A model generated the notes under the pieces. The model was given only the letters and a program-made list of their open reading frames with translations, had not been told where the DNA came from and did no database searches. This document shows, one piece after another, positions 1 to 12,535 of a DNA stretch of 64,000 nucleotides (within the stretch, counting starts at the first letter, position 1; each line of letters begins with the position of its first letter). This stretch comes from Negaprion brevirostris (lineage: Eukaryota): assembly GCA_030324005.1 (NCBI GenBank), contig JARDVH010000163.1:53941959-54005958 (forward strand), written 5' to 3'. The translations under genes were made by a program, and so were the position numbers.

Positions 1-720
1 CAGCCGGGCGGGGGGAGGGCCAGGGGGGGGGGGGTGGTATCCAGCTCAGTGCAAACATGGGGTGACCGGGTATGTCCGTATGCGGGAGGGGGAATGAGGT
101 GAGCAGGCAGCTTTATCCTTTTGGGGGAAGCGGGTGAGGGTCTAGTGATGAGGCTAGCAATGTCAATATGGGGGGAGGGTAGCAATGAGGTCAGAGATAG
201 CTGTAGCGGTGGGGACAATGATGAGGGTCCAGCCATGTCTGTATGGGGGGCGGGTAAGNNNNNNNNNNAAGGATGAGGCCAGTGATGTCTGAATGGGGAG
301 GGGGCAGTGATGAAGCCAGTGATGTCTGTATGGGAGGGAGGGGGGGTGCGGGTCAAGTGGTGAGGCCAATTATGTCCATCTGGGGGAGAGGCAATGTCTG
401 TATGGGGATGGTGAGGATCCAGCAATGAGGCCAGCAGTGTCCGTGGGAATTTGAGGGCAGTGACCTCAATACTGGGAAATCTTTTCAACAATTTCCCAGA
501 GGTGTGCACATGTGAGGATTCCCACTTATCCTGCCAATTTTAGCCTCCTTGGTGTGAATAAGCCCACCCCTCAAGCTTTTAATGATATTCACGAATGTGA
601 CCTCTTCAATGCACAGAGTGTGGGAGATCCGAGTCTGAACTCCCACTGAAAAAACAATTGTGATTTACACCATTTTCCCTGTGAATTCAGTACTTTGAAC
701 TTTTTTGGGAGAATCACCCC
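1..720 (-). mobile_element. Non-autonomous DNA transposon (Harbinger-like termini), truncated by window start
   Basis: About 590-720 is the reverse complement of the left end of the element at 9626-9770 (attctcccaaaaa...cagtgggagttcaga...tctccca). G-rich low-complexity interior; terminus gggagaatcacccc. Confidence 0.6.
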
Positions 721-734
721 CGTAATCATTCCCA

Positions 735-985
735 TCGGATATGGAAGCAAGATCTCATTTGCCCTTTCTGGTTGCCATGAAAAACCCCATGAAACTGTTT
801 GAAGAAGTACGAAGGAATTCTCCTCGGTGCTCTGGCCAATTTTATCCCTCAACCAACCTCATGAAAACTGGTTATCTTGTGAATATTGTATTGCTGTTTG
901 TAAAGCTTGTTGTGCGCAAATTGGCTGCTGCATTCCTGATGTTAAAAGTAACTACAATTCAAAAACACTTCATTAGCTGTTAATA
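735..985 (+). mobile_element. Deu-domain SINE fragment (SacSINE1/AmnSINE1-like)
   Basis: Matches the recalled Deu-SINE consensus: tggccaattttatccctcaaccaac...ttgctgtttg...gtgcgcaaattggctgc...cttcattagctgt. Confidence 0.7.
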
Positions 986-1538
986 TGTTATGTTTGCTTA
1001 TTATTGGTCCATTCTTTTTTTTTGCACTTTTCTCTAAGCAAGAAACCACCTTCTCAAAGTAGTTAGGGATGGACAACACATACTGGTCTTGCCAGCAATG
1101 CCCAAATTCAATGAAAGAATGAAGAAAGCATGGATTGCAACAATAAACTTGAGAACAGAACTGATGGAGTGCAACAGTGAATCTGCAGTAAATCTACCTG
1201 TTTTTTAATTAATTATTTAATCCTTAGGATAAAGGAGAAACTGATGAAATCATTGATTTGAATTTTTATTGGGTTTGGTGCAGCAATAATGCAGTGGAAG
1301 ATCTGCAAAAACCCCAGAGAAATTATGTAAACATTGTTTAGAAATATGTCCCAAGGCTGTTCACTGAAATGTAATCAGACAAAAGTAGATATTGGCTCTG
1401 TGGGAGATTAAAGTTCTCTGAAATTTATGTTGGGTAGAGGATGGGAAATTGGCCAGAGAAGTGTCAGGTTTGGAAGTAAGAAAGGCACAAATGAAGGATT
1501 CGACATCCCTCAATTGAACTGAGGTAGGAACAGAAGTA

Positions 1539-1873
1539 ATTTGATTTGATTTAGTATTGTCACATGTATTAGTATACAGTGAAAAGTATTGTTTCTTGAG
1601 CACTATGCAGCAAAAGCATACTGTTCATAGAGAAGGAAATGAGAGAGTGCAGAATATAGTGTCACAGTCATAGCTAGGGTATAGAGAAAGATCAAATTAA
1701 TGCGAGGTAGCTCCAGTCATGTGTCTGTTGGCAGCAGGGAAGAAGCTTTTCTTGAGTTGGTTGGTGCATGACCTCAGACTTTTATATTTTTATCCTGACA
1801 GAAGAAGGTGGAAGAGAGAATGTCCAGGGTGCGTGGGGTCCTTAATTATACTGGCTGCTTTGCCAAGACAGTG
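1539..1873 (-). mobile_element. Rex1/Babar-type LINE 3' end (copy A, runs into gap)
   Basis: Encodes CLGKAASIIKDPTHPGHSLFHLLLSG; ends in a (tttga)n tail; similar to 2031-2370. Confidence 0.75.
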
Positions 1874-2030
1874 NNNNNNNNNNNNNNNNNNNNNNNNNNN
1901 NNNNNNNNNNNNNNNNNNNNNNNNNNNNNNNNNNNNNNNNNNNNNNNNNNNNNNNNNNNNNNNNNNNNNNNNNAAGGTACAAATGAAGGATTCAACATCC
2001 CTTAGATAAACTGAGGTAGGGACAGAAATA

Positions 2031-3305
2031 ATTTGATTTGATTTAGTATTGTCACATGTATTAGTACACAGTGAAAAGTATTGTTTCTTGCACGCTATAT
2101 AGACAAAGCATACCATTCATACAGAAGGAAGTGAGAGATTCCAGGATGTCATGTTACAGTCCTAGCTAGGGCACAGGGAAAGATCAACTTAATGTGAGGT
2201 AGGTCCATTCAAGAATCTGATGGCAGCAGGGAAGAAGCTGTTCTTGAACCGGTTGGTACACGTCCTCAGATTTCTGTAACTTTTTCCCGATCGAAGAAGT
2301 TGGAAGAGAAAATGACCGCAGTGCATGGGGTCCTTAATTATGCTGGCTGCTTTGCCGAGGCAGCCGTAAATGTAGTCAGATTCAATGGATGGGTGACTGG
2401 TTTGAGTGATGATTTGGCTACATCCCTGACCTTTTGCAGTTTCTTGCAGTCTTGGGCAGAGCAGGGGCCACACCAAGCTGTGATACAATCAGAAAGAATA
2501 TTTTCTATGGTGCATTTGTAAAAGTTGGTGAGAATCGTAGCTGACGTGCCAAATTTCCTTAGTCTTCAGAAAAGTAGAGGCATTGGTGGCTTTCTTAACA
2601 ATAATGTCAGCATCGGGGGATCAGGACAGGTTGTTGGTGATCCGGACACCTAAAAACCTGAAACTCTCGATCATTTCTCCTTGGTCCCCATTGATATAGG
2701 CGGGGGATGTTCTCCACTATGCCTCCTGAAGTCGCTGACAATCTCCTTCATTTTGTTGACACTTGGACAGATTATTGTCACTGCACCAGTTCACCAGATT
2801 CGCTATCTCATTCCTGTACTCTGTCTCGTATTGTTTGAAATCTGGCTAACTACAGTGGTATTGTCAGCAAACTTGAAAATTGAGTTGGAGGGGAATTTGG
2901 CCACACAGTCGTAAGTGTATAGTAGGGGACTGAGAACACAACCTTGTGGGGCACCAGTGTTGAGGATGATCGTGGAGGAGATGTTGTTGCCTATCCTTAC
3001 TGATTGTGGTTTGTGGGTCAGGAAATTCAGGGTCCAGTTGCAGTTGGAGAAGCCGAGGCCCAGGCCATGGAGTTTGGAGATGTGTTTGTGGGAATAATGG
3101 TGTTGAACATTGGGCTGTAGTCAATAAATAGGAGTCTGACATAGGTGTCCTTGTTGTCTAGGTGTTCCAGGGTTCAGTGCAAGGCCAGGGAGATGGCGTC
3201 TGCTGTGGACCTGTTGTGGTGGTAGGCGAAATGTAGTGGATCCAGGCAATCCGGGAGGCTGGAATTGATTTGTGCCATGACTAGCCTTTCGAAGCACTTT
3301 ATAAT
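2031..3305 (-). mobile_element. Rex1/Babar-type LINE, 5'-truncated, decayed RT and C-terminal region
   Basis: C-terminal motif KAASIIKDPMHCGHFLFQLLRSGKSYRNLRTCTNRFKNSFFPAAIRFLN; RT motifs on the minus strand ([10 protein letters not shown] near 2925-2955, KFADNTT near 2852-2873); short tandem 3' tail. Confidence 0.8.
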
Positions 3306-3899
3306 AATGAAAGAGGAGGGGCGCCAATGGATTGTCCCCAAACAGGGCCGTCACCCAAGGGGAGCAGCCGTGAGGGCGTTGTGGAAGGTGGTTGCAGATG
3401 CTGTAAAAGCTAGAAGCATGACACCTCGACCTGGTCAGCAGTGCAAGAAGAAACAGTATGGCTTTCTTTGGGCAGCAACAGTGAGTAAGCATCCCACTTT
3501 GACACCCGCACATGGTCAGCATGTATCTCAAACCATGCTTAGACAACTGAAGGGCATGCAACAAGGCCTTCTTCCCTCAGGGACAGCATCTAATCCCTTC
3601 CCCTCACCCCTCAATGTGCGCCCTTCAGTGGTGACCCTTTTCCCCAAAACAACCAACACACGCCTGAGACACAGGCACACATTTGCACCCCATGGACTTC
3701 AATATATTAATGCTTACTATCCACCTGATGCTTCCACAGACGAAAAGCATGCACAAACAGCGCAAGAGGGCACTGACTAGTGGTGGTGTGCCTGACCTGC
3801 AGCAGCTGACCAGCTTCAAACAGTGTATCATGGAGCTGGCAGGGGATGATGGGATATCCCGAATGGTGACAGACAGCCAAGTCAGTGTCCAGCATGCAA
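3306..3899 (+). pseudogene. PIF/Harbinger Myb/SANT-like DNA-binding gene relic (exons ~3306-3480 and 3740-3899)
   Basis: ALWKVVADAVKARSMTPRPGQQCKKK fits the Myb/SANT (NAIF1/MSANTD-like) trihelix pattern. Donor gtgagt at 3481, acceptor ttccacag before 3740, exon 2 TKSMHKQRKRALTSGGVPDLQQLTSFKQ, donor gtgagc at 3900. Confidence 0.7.
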
Positions 3900-5092
3900 G
3901 TGAGCATCAGCGTAGCCCTCAACCTAAGTTCCTCCTCGAAATAAGTGCAATGTTGTGTAAAATGATTTACCTCCCTTCCCCTAATCGGAGAATCTCCGCC
4001 CCACCCCATCCCCAACAATGCAGCACTCCCTCATAGAATGCATTGGGATGTTGGCCTAGACCATGGAATGGAAATTCAATCCAAATGTTCCTGACTTGGA
4101 GATCTGGCTGTTTCCACTGAGCTAAGGATTATATTCTACCTGGAAGCGGGTGAGTTTTGCGCTTTGGTCAACTTGCTAGCTTTGAGAAGGTGGAAAATAG
4201 GCTGACACTAAGGCTGAGTCAACTGGTTGGATTGGTTGGAGGTGGGGAAGGGAGGCAATCCCAGAGAGGACAGGATCTTCCCTAGCCGCGGATAGAATTT
4301 TATGATATCCTGCTGGTGGGTTTGAAGGCTGGTCAGAAGCAGCATGTGGCCTACATGCTGCTTATCCACCAGACTTAACTACTCTCCAAATTTACAGAAG
4401 GTGGTGGAGACATTGGGTAGCCTGTCTATTCTTGAGCGTATTGATGCTCTTAGTTGCCTGATCCCAACCTGCTATTATTTTACCTATGGGGGTGGGAGGC
4501 CCATGCGAGGTTAAGATTAAGAGACAATCTTATTGATCTTTAATCAAAGCTGTTGCATTGTCTTAAAAACCCAATTGATTCACTGATGTAATTTAGATCA
4601 GGAAACTTTCCACCCTTACCTGGTCTAGCTTATATGTGACTCCAGCCCCAAACCCAAATGGTAGAGACAGAAATTAGGGTTTGTAGCGCCTGTTTTCTTT
4701 AGAAGTTACGCAACTTCCAAATGCTCAGAAATGGCATCAGAACTACATGCTTTCATTTCTAATAAGGATAGCTACCTATAGATGCAAGAGTTACAGCACT
4801 ATTAAATGTGTGAGGATGAGGTAAAGCACATGAAGTTTAGAATTGAGTACTGATTGATAAAGACTAGGATTGGGTGGGCGATGAGAAGATTTGAGCAGTG
4901 GATGGGGCATTGCTGTTGATAGAATGTGTTATTTAAAGAGAAGTACACATATTATGCAATACGCTAAACACTTTCCTGCACTGTGTCCATGTTCTTGGAG
5001 AATACCTTGGCATTGGCCCTTGTCACTCTGGAGGGTCTCCTGCTCCCTCTGCAGATACAGGATATTTCTCACTTCCACCTCTTCTGCCAAGA

Positions 5093-5404
5093 TAGAATCA
5101 TAGAATCACTACATTACAGGAGGAGGCCTATCGAGCCTGCACCGACAGCAATCCCACCCAGGCCCTATTCCCATTACCACATGTATATGCCCTACTAATC
5201 CCCCTGATACTAAGGATTAATTTAGCATGGCCAATCAACCTAACCCACACATCTTTGTACCATGGGAGGAAACAGAAGCACCCAGAGGAAACCTACACAG
5301 ATACGAGGAGAATGTGTAAACTGCAGACAGATAGTGACCCGAGGCCAGAATTGAATGTGGGTCTCTGACACTGTGAGGCATCAGTGCTAACCACTGTGCC
5401 ACCA
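5093..5404 (-). mobile_element. HE1-type V-SINE
   Basis: Reverse complement of tRNA-like head ggtggcacagtggttagcactg, V-domain core, CR1-like tail ending ttctatgattctat. Confidence 0.85.
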
Positions 5405-5896
5405 GTGATCTCCAGTCCATTGTCTAAAAACCTTGGTACTCACTATATGTTCAACCATTGCTGAAAGATTGCAGCCCAAATTGTCTTTTAAAAAAATCCC
5501 ACCATTTTTTGAAACCATAATGCCTTTTGCCTTGTGATATTGAGTCCCCTGCTGATGAATGCAGTCAATGGACGGCACATTACTGATACTTAATATCTTC
5601 AAATGTTCATTAGCAAATATCATGGAATAGATTTTCTGCAGTGAGACATCAGTTTCTCACTTGAAAAGTGGACAGTCAGCAACTGAAAATCAATGGAGTA
5701 GGGAATACTTCAACTGCCCTTTGATACCTAAGACCCACCTGTTGCGATTTTCAGGCAGGATTGTAAATGGGTTAGTTGTTTGTGTGCCTGAAACTGGTGG
5801 GAGGCTGCTTCAAAAGGAAATTGGAATCCCACAGTGTTATGAGATTTCAGTTTCCATTTTCTGACACAACTTATAACAGGTGTTGAACAGCCTGCA

Positions 5897-6365
5897 GCAA
5901 CATGTATTTATACGGTACTATTTGTGAGCTAAAACATCCAAAGGCACTTCACAGGGGCATTATAAAACAAGATATGACACCAAACCAACCAAGCTCAAAT
6001 TAAGGCAAATGACCAGAACATTCATCAAAAGGAATTTCCTACAGTAAAAAAGTAGTGAGAGATGGAAAGACTTATGGAAGGAACACTGGAGCACCAGACT
6101 CAGGCAGCAGAGGATATGACAACCAATGGTGGAGCAATTAAAATGGAGATCCTCCAGAAGCCAGAACTAGATGAGAGCTGATATCTCCGAGGGTTGTGAC
6201 AATTGGTGGAGATCATCGACTTACAGTGGGGCCGGGCCATAGACTGGTTTGAAAACAAGCGTGAGAATTTTAAAACCAAGGCATTGCTTAAACAGGAGCA
6301 AATTGAGATCAGCAAGCACGGAGGTGACGATGAGTGAACAGGATCTGGCACGAGCTTGGGCATGA
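5897..6365 (-). mobile_element. L2-type LINE 3' fragment (old)
   Basis: Minus strand reads like an L2 ORF2 C-terminus; 3' end resembles the Deu-SINE tail (cctttggatgttt...tataaatacatgttg). A similar plus-strand 3' end lies at ~19910-20140. Confidence 0.55.
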
Positions 6366-6631
6366 CCTCATGACAACTCCTCAAAGAAATCCCTGGAGAC
6401 CACTCAAAATGAGGAGGAATGCCCTCCTGAATTTCCAAAAATCACCAGCATCAGGAATTTTCAGAGGGTTTCCTGCTCCATCACCCAAGGAGTTAATGGG
6501 GAATTGCCCACAACTGCTCCCCACAGCCATCTAACATCCCATAGGGCATTAACTGGCCAAGGACAAGATTTCCACCCCCAAGTGAGGAGGAAGTCCCACC
6601 TTGGAGAGCTCATGGTCAGTTTGATTGACAG

Positions 6632-7208
6632 GCAGCTTCGTCAGCCAGAGTATTGAGTTTAAAAATTGGCAAGTTACGTTGCAGCTTTATAGAACCTTAG
6701 TTAGGCCTCACTTGGAATATAGTGTTCAATTCTGGTCACCACACCTGGTATGGAGGGCATTAGTTATGAGGAGAGGTTGGAGAAACTTGGTTTGTTCTCA
6801 CTGGAACGATGGAGGTTGAGGAGAGACCTGATAGATGTCTATAATATTATGACAGGCATGGACAGAGTGGATAGGCAGAGTCTTTTTCCCAGGGTGGAAG
6901 AGTCAATTACTAGGGGGCACAGATTTAAGGTGCGAGGGGCAAGTTTGAAAAGAGATGTACGAGGCAGATTTTTTACACAGAGAGTGGTGGGTGCCTGGAA
7001 CTCGTTGCTGGGGGAGGTAGTAGAAGCAGATATGGTAGTGACTTTTAAGGATCATCTTGACAAGTACACAAATGAGATTGGAACAGAGGGATATGATCCC
7101 CAGAAGGTAGTGGGTTTTAGTTAAGTCGGGCAGCATGGTCGTTGCAGGCTTGGAAGGCCGAAGCGCCTGTTCCTGTGCTGTAATTTTCTTTGTTCTTTGT
7201 TCTTTGTT
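6632..7208 (+). mobile_element. CR1 (HER1-like) LINE 3' fragment
   Basis: LYRTLVRPHLEYSVQFWSP and SYEERLEKLGLFSLERWRLRRDLIDVY...FFTQRVVGAWNSL; (ttctttg)n tail; internal deletion near 6745 relative to the 54.8 kb copy. Confidence 0.9.
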
Positions 7209-7849
7209 ATCACAGCAACTCCCTGGGAATCTTGCATGTAGCTTAGGAACCTTTGCTGTTGATGAATAGGTCTGGCTGCTATGGGAGTTACTGGGATTGC
7301 AATGTGCATGCAATTGACCACGCTCTGTAAGGTCAACCAAAGATGCAAACCTGCTCACCCTAACAAAGCTGCTCATTCTAACTCATGTTACCACTGGCAA
7401 AGAACCTATCAGCAACCTTTCTTATGCATTTGAGGGCTCTCGACTGGGAGATCATGAATGTATCACCATCATAACACTGCAGGGATTCACAGGCGAAAGA
7501 GTTGAAGGTTATTGTCACTTTGATAGTTATTGCTAGAATGTGACCTAGAGGTGAATAGGATTATGGCTTCTTCTAAGATGTCTGCTGCCAAATGCTACAA
7601 TAACCCTGTGATTACTGAAACACTGAAAAGTCAGCTTCTGTTGGTGTCCTGGTGATGGAAAGTGTCTCACAAAGCCACTCTTCTCTATTGCTCACTTCTC
7701 TGTTGTCCCACTACAGGAATCTCATGCTGCTGCTGCTCCAATTTTACCTCAACCAAGGTCTGATCTACATTAGCTAAACTAGCCCAAACCTAATGTGGTT
7801 CAGAAAACCTCAGAAGTGTCAACACAAGTCCTGTGAACAACATCTTTCC

Positions 7850-8203
7850 CAGGCAATGGTCTAGTGGCATTTAGACTATTTATCTAGAATCTCAGCTAAT
7901 GTTTTGGGGACCTGGGTTTGAATTTCCCAATGGCAGATGGTGGAATTTTAATGTAACAAAAAATATCTGGAATTAAGAATCTGCTGATGACCATGAAACC
8001 ATTGTTGATTGTCAGAAAAACCCATCTGGTTCGCTATGTCCTTTAGGGAAGGAAATCTGCTGCCTTTACCTGGTCTGGCCTACATGTGGCTCCAGAGTCA
8101 CAGCAATGTGGTTGACTCTCAACTGCCCTTCAAGGGCATCTAGGGATGAGCAATAAATGCTGGCCAGCCAGCGACGGACGTGGCCCATGAATGGATAGAA
8201 AAC
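7850..8203 (+). mobile_element. tRNA-derived SINE, second family, with LINE-derived tail
   Basis: Head ggcaatggtctagtgg...ctgggtttgaattt; tail ctagggatgagcaataaatgctggccagccagcga...cccatgaatg; second copy at 38219-38560. Confidence 0.75.
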
Positions 8204-9625
8204 AAGTAGGAAAGAAGGGAGCTGTGAGTACTGAGCTGTGAGTATTATTGCCGCTCCATTGCCATTGTGTCCTCACGTGGTTTTCAATGGTGACTTTCAG
8301 GAAGACTCAAAAAACTATGAATGTGGAGCTAAGCTTTGACTTGAAATATCATTCCAATTGAATGTCTCTCCCAAACTAGGCTCATATAACCAAATCCAAT
8401 GCGCTAGAGTTAAATGTGGAAGTCAGCAGGTTAGAGCCTGTTTCTTAACCTCCCAATTCCCTACTGAGCTGCAATCAAACTCAGCTGCTCCTCCAGATTA
8501 AGATCCAACCCCAACACCCCCCTGCCCAACTCATCAATGTTCTCCACCCAAAAGAAAATGTAACTGACTGGAGAGCTACAAACTTGTAACTCGTCTTTAG
8601 GGATCTGGCAACTATTCAACCAAATCTGTTGTACAAATCATATCTTACTACAATATTTGCAAGGCAGATCATGACTCATGCTCTGATGCGTTCATTGTTG
8701 TTCCATCTGCCTCAGCATATACGACTTTAATACGTCTTCCCCTGCATTCTGTAGCAGGATGGCTAATTGTTAAACTTTCTGCAGAGTGGATTAATGCTAA
8801 ATAAAGACCACTAATGGAACTAAGGGAACAAAGATTTGTTCAGAAGTAGCAAGAACAAAGGAGGGAAATTGGCTATACTTTACGAGTCAAAGGAGAAGAC
8901 AGAGAACTGAACAAATACACTGCAGAAACTTGATAACAGGACAGTGTTGACTATCAGTATGTGGGTGTGAAAGAACGTGTTACCGTTATGATTCACTTGC
9001 TAACATGTGTGTGTTACAATGTACTTACACGCAAGGGAAATTGAAAAAAAAGTAATAAACCAACCAAAAGAACGTTGCAGCCATTCAGAATTCCAAGAGC
9101 ACATACAGCCTATAAAGAATTTGAATGCTGTATGGCAGTGAGCTCACTGCGCCATATATTGGCAATGTTACTGTGGATGACATTATGTGAACTGAATAAT
9201 CAGTCTCACATATTGAAAACAGGTAAAATGAACAAACCCGATATGAAAATTATTCTTGCAGTGACAAGTTACTGAGGTTCTAGCACATGCAAACATTTCT
9301 GAGACAAAGGAATTGGAACACAGAGGTATTTTAAAACTGTGAGAAGAACACTGATGTCTGCAGGAAGAAACACACAAGTAAGTGTCGGCCACTCAGCTTC
9401 TAAAAACTGTTCTGTCATTCAATTAGATCTTGACTGATCTCTCTTTTAATGCTATCTGCTTGCTTTGGTTCTGTAACCCTTAAAATCTGCCTAACAAAAT
9501 ACTTGCTGATCAAAAACCAATCAATCTTTGTTTTGATATTGTTAATTGACCTAGCCTCAACATCTTGTGGGGGGAATGCTCCAGATATCTACTTTGTCAT
9601 GAGAAAGTGCTCCTAGACATCACAA

Positions 9626-10782
9626 CCGAAATTCTCCCAAAAATATTCTAAGTGCCAAATTTGTGTGAAAACTGGAGTAAATCATACTGGTTTAATCAGT
9701 GGGAGTTCAGAGAAGAATCTCCCATACCCTGTGCACTGCAGGGGTCACTATCATGAATATCATTAAAAATCAATGGGCAGGACCTATTCCCACTGGAGAG
9801 GCTGAAATCATGCGCATGTGCAGTAGTCTGAACTGCTGGCCTCATGAGCTGGCCATTCCCATGACCCCTACATTGCCAGCCCTCTGGCCCAATCCCTGGC
9901 CCCCCAACCATTCCCAAGCTCAGCCCTGAACCTGTCCCTCCCAGCCTACCCCAATCTCCAACTACCCCCCCAATTCCCCCCGCTGCAGTCCTGACCCCTC
10001 TCCCCCATTGTCCCAACACCACAGCAGGCTGACCCTCCCCTCCACCCCACCCAGCCTGCCCCAATCGCTGGCCTCCGTTCTTCCCCCACCGATGCTGTCC
10101 GCAGAATGGCAACAAGAACAGTACCCCACCGATTGTCCTACCGTGCCCCGCCCCACTAGGACCTACCCCCATAGGCCCCACCCCCGTTGGCCCTGCTCCC
10201 TNNNNNNNNNNNNNNNNNNNNNNNNNNNNNNNNNNNNNNNNNNNNNNNNNNNNNNNNNNNNNNNNNNNNNNNNNNNNNNNNNNNNNNNNNNNNNNNNNNN
10301 NCCCCTAGGACCTACCCCCATAGGCCCCACCCCCTTTGGCACTGCTCCATTAGCAGTTAGCCCCTTGGGCAGTACCAGGGGGCACAGATTGGCATTGTCA
10401 AGGTGCCAATGCCCCTCGGGTGGGCTCCGATTGCCCCCCTACGCTGCAGCAGGATCGGGTGCTAGTTCCCCATTAATGGGGTGTTGGTGTAATCCCAGCT
10501 GGAGTGAACCGCCCTGGTGATGGGAGAGAGAAGCTAGTGGGCCCGGAGATTTCAGTTCCAGGCTCGCTAATAATATTTAAAATATATGGAAATATCAATT
10601 TAAATGATCTTGGCGCCTCCCTGCCGATTCCTGACATGGTGTTGATGGCACTGGAAATCAGGTGCTGGGAGACACTATCGGGGTGGAATGCATGCATGAA
10701 TCCCATGCATCAGCCGCTAGCCAGATTCTCCCGGCCAGGTGCATTAAAATCTTAGCGCAGCAGGATGGGAGAATCCCCTGCC
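9626..10782 (+). mobile_element. Non-autonomous DNA transposon (~1.15 kb, Harbinger-like TIRs)
   Basis: Termini aaattctccca...tgggagaatccc; C-rich repetitive interior containing a gap; same family as 1-720; related interior at 60320-60560. Confidence 0.6.
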
Positions 10783-11279
10783 ATCTTTGGTTTGCTGAGC
10801 TCTGACTTTAGGATTATATCCTCTTGTTCTAGATTCCCACAATGCAGGAAATGGTTTCTCCCCGTGCTCTCAAAATGCATGAAATGGAACCTTCTTCTCC
10901 TCCTTCAGGTACTATGCCCCAAGAGGGCATTGGTGACTGGCATTTGATTGCTCCATGAATATGCTTGACAAGGCACTGCAATAGTTTGCCGTTGCCTCCT
11001 ACAATATGGCTGAGATCCTCCTGTTCTTACCACCTGCCATCAGACATAGTGGAAGGATTTACAAGCTGATAATTAACCTGTTTGGTCATGTTATGAACGT
11101 AGATTCCATGGCCATCAAGTTCTGAAGTGGAACTTGAACCCAAAGCTTCTGACCCTGAGTTGGGGACACTACCTGCACCACGAGTCNNNNNNNNNNNNNN
11201 NNNNNNNNNNNNNNNNNNNNNNNNNNNNNNNNNNNNNNNNNNNNNNNNNNNNNNNNNNNCCTAGTCCCCGCCTCCTCAT

Positions 11280-11970
11280 TTCATCAAATCCTGTCTGCAT
11301 ATTCTTCTATCGCTTTTTCCAACATGTACTTACGTAACCTACCCTTTAAGATGTTCAAAATATAAAACTCAACTACTCTGAGCAGCAGCATGTCCCGCAT
11401 TATAATCACACTCTGGTCAAGTGTTTCTCCTTGAATCTTCTAATTATCACAAACAGGTCAATTAGATTGTCCCTTAATCTTCTATATTCAAATGAATATG
11501 GGTCTAGTGCACACCTTGTAATCTCATAATGAAACCCTTTAATCCCCATCACCTAACTGCTGAATCTGTGCTATTACCAGCTCCAAGCCAAAAACATCCA
11601 TCCAGAGATGCAGTGTTCAGGACTAAATGGAGAATTTCAGAAGGGGATTAACTAGTCATTCATGTAATTATAATGCCATTTCCAGCCCTTATTCTCCAAC
11701 CCTCTTGAGATCACAGCTAACATTTCATTAGACTATTAAATTATTTTTGCACCTGTCCTCCAGCTTTTAGTGACATCTGTACAAGAATCCTAAATCTCTT
11801 TGCCCTCTTCCAAGCTCATAAATTCTCACAATTAGAAAAAAACTTTCTAAAGTCATAAGTGGATGACCTTACACTTGCCCACATTAAACTCCACCGACCC
11901 CAGTTTTGTTCACTCAATGTCCTTTTGCAATTTTCTGCTTCCATCTGCACTAACTACTGTCCACCAAACT
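11280..11970 (-). mobile_element. Old CR1 LINE fragment
   Basis: Degenerate reverse-complement CR1 ORF2 3' region (e.g. atgaccttacacttgcccacattaaactcca). Confidence 0.55.
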
Positions 11971-12312
11971 TCAGGTGGAATTTTTCACTTCAGCATGTGG
12001 CAAGAATTATGACAGACTGCGGGGAGGGGCATGAGATTTGGCAAAAGTCTGTTTCCTGTCCGTTGGAAATTAGTTTGGAATTTTGTTCCCCCAACTTTGA
12101 TGGTGGGTTAATGAGTTTCATGTTCTTCTATGTTGGGAACCATAGTTGCATTCCTTTGCATCTCTTGAATGCTCATTAAAAGGCCAACTTCTCAGAATTG
12201 TGTTCCATCTTCAAATTAAAGATGCCCAACAACATATAAATAGACCTATCTGTTTCCCAACTGTAGATAAGTGATGTGCATCTGTTGAGTCTCACTTCGT
12301 GTTGAGAGATAT

Positions 12313-12535
12313 AGAAATTGCTGGAAAATCTCAGCAGGTCTGACAGCATCTATGGAGAGAACAGAACCAATGTTTAGAGTCTGGATGACCTTTCATCAGA
12401 GCTCTAACAGAAGGTCATCCAGAGTTAAAACATTGATTCTATTCTGTCTCCACAGAAGCTGTCAGACCTGTTGAAATTTTCCAACATATTCTGTTTTTGT
12501 TTCAGATTCCAGCATCCACAGCATTTTGCTCTTAT
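12313..12535. mobile_element. Palindromic Penelope-like element end (inverted pLTR arms) with degenerate hammerhead motif
   Basis: Inverted arms ...ctcagcaggtctgacagcatctatggaga / tctccacagaagctgtcagacctgttgaa; centre reads ctgatgaaaggtcatccagactctaaac on the minus strand. Confidence 0.65.

Noticed and set aside
9696-10520. Pro-rich and Gly-rich ORFs
   Set aside because: Low-complexity interior of a non-autonomous DNA element.
12313-12535. Long hairpin suggestive of a pre-miRNA
   Set aside because: Explained by the inverted arms of a repeated Penelope-type element.
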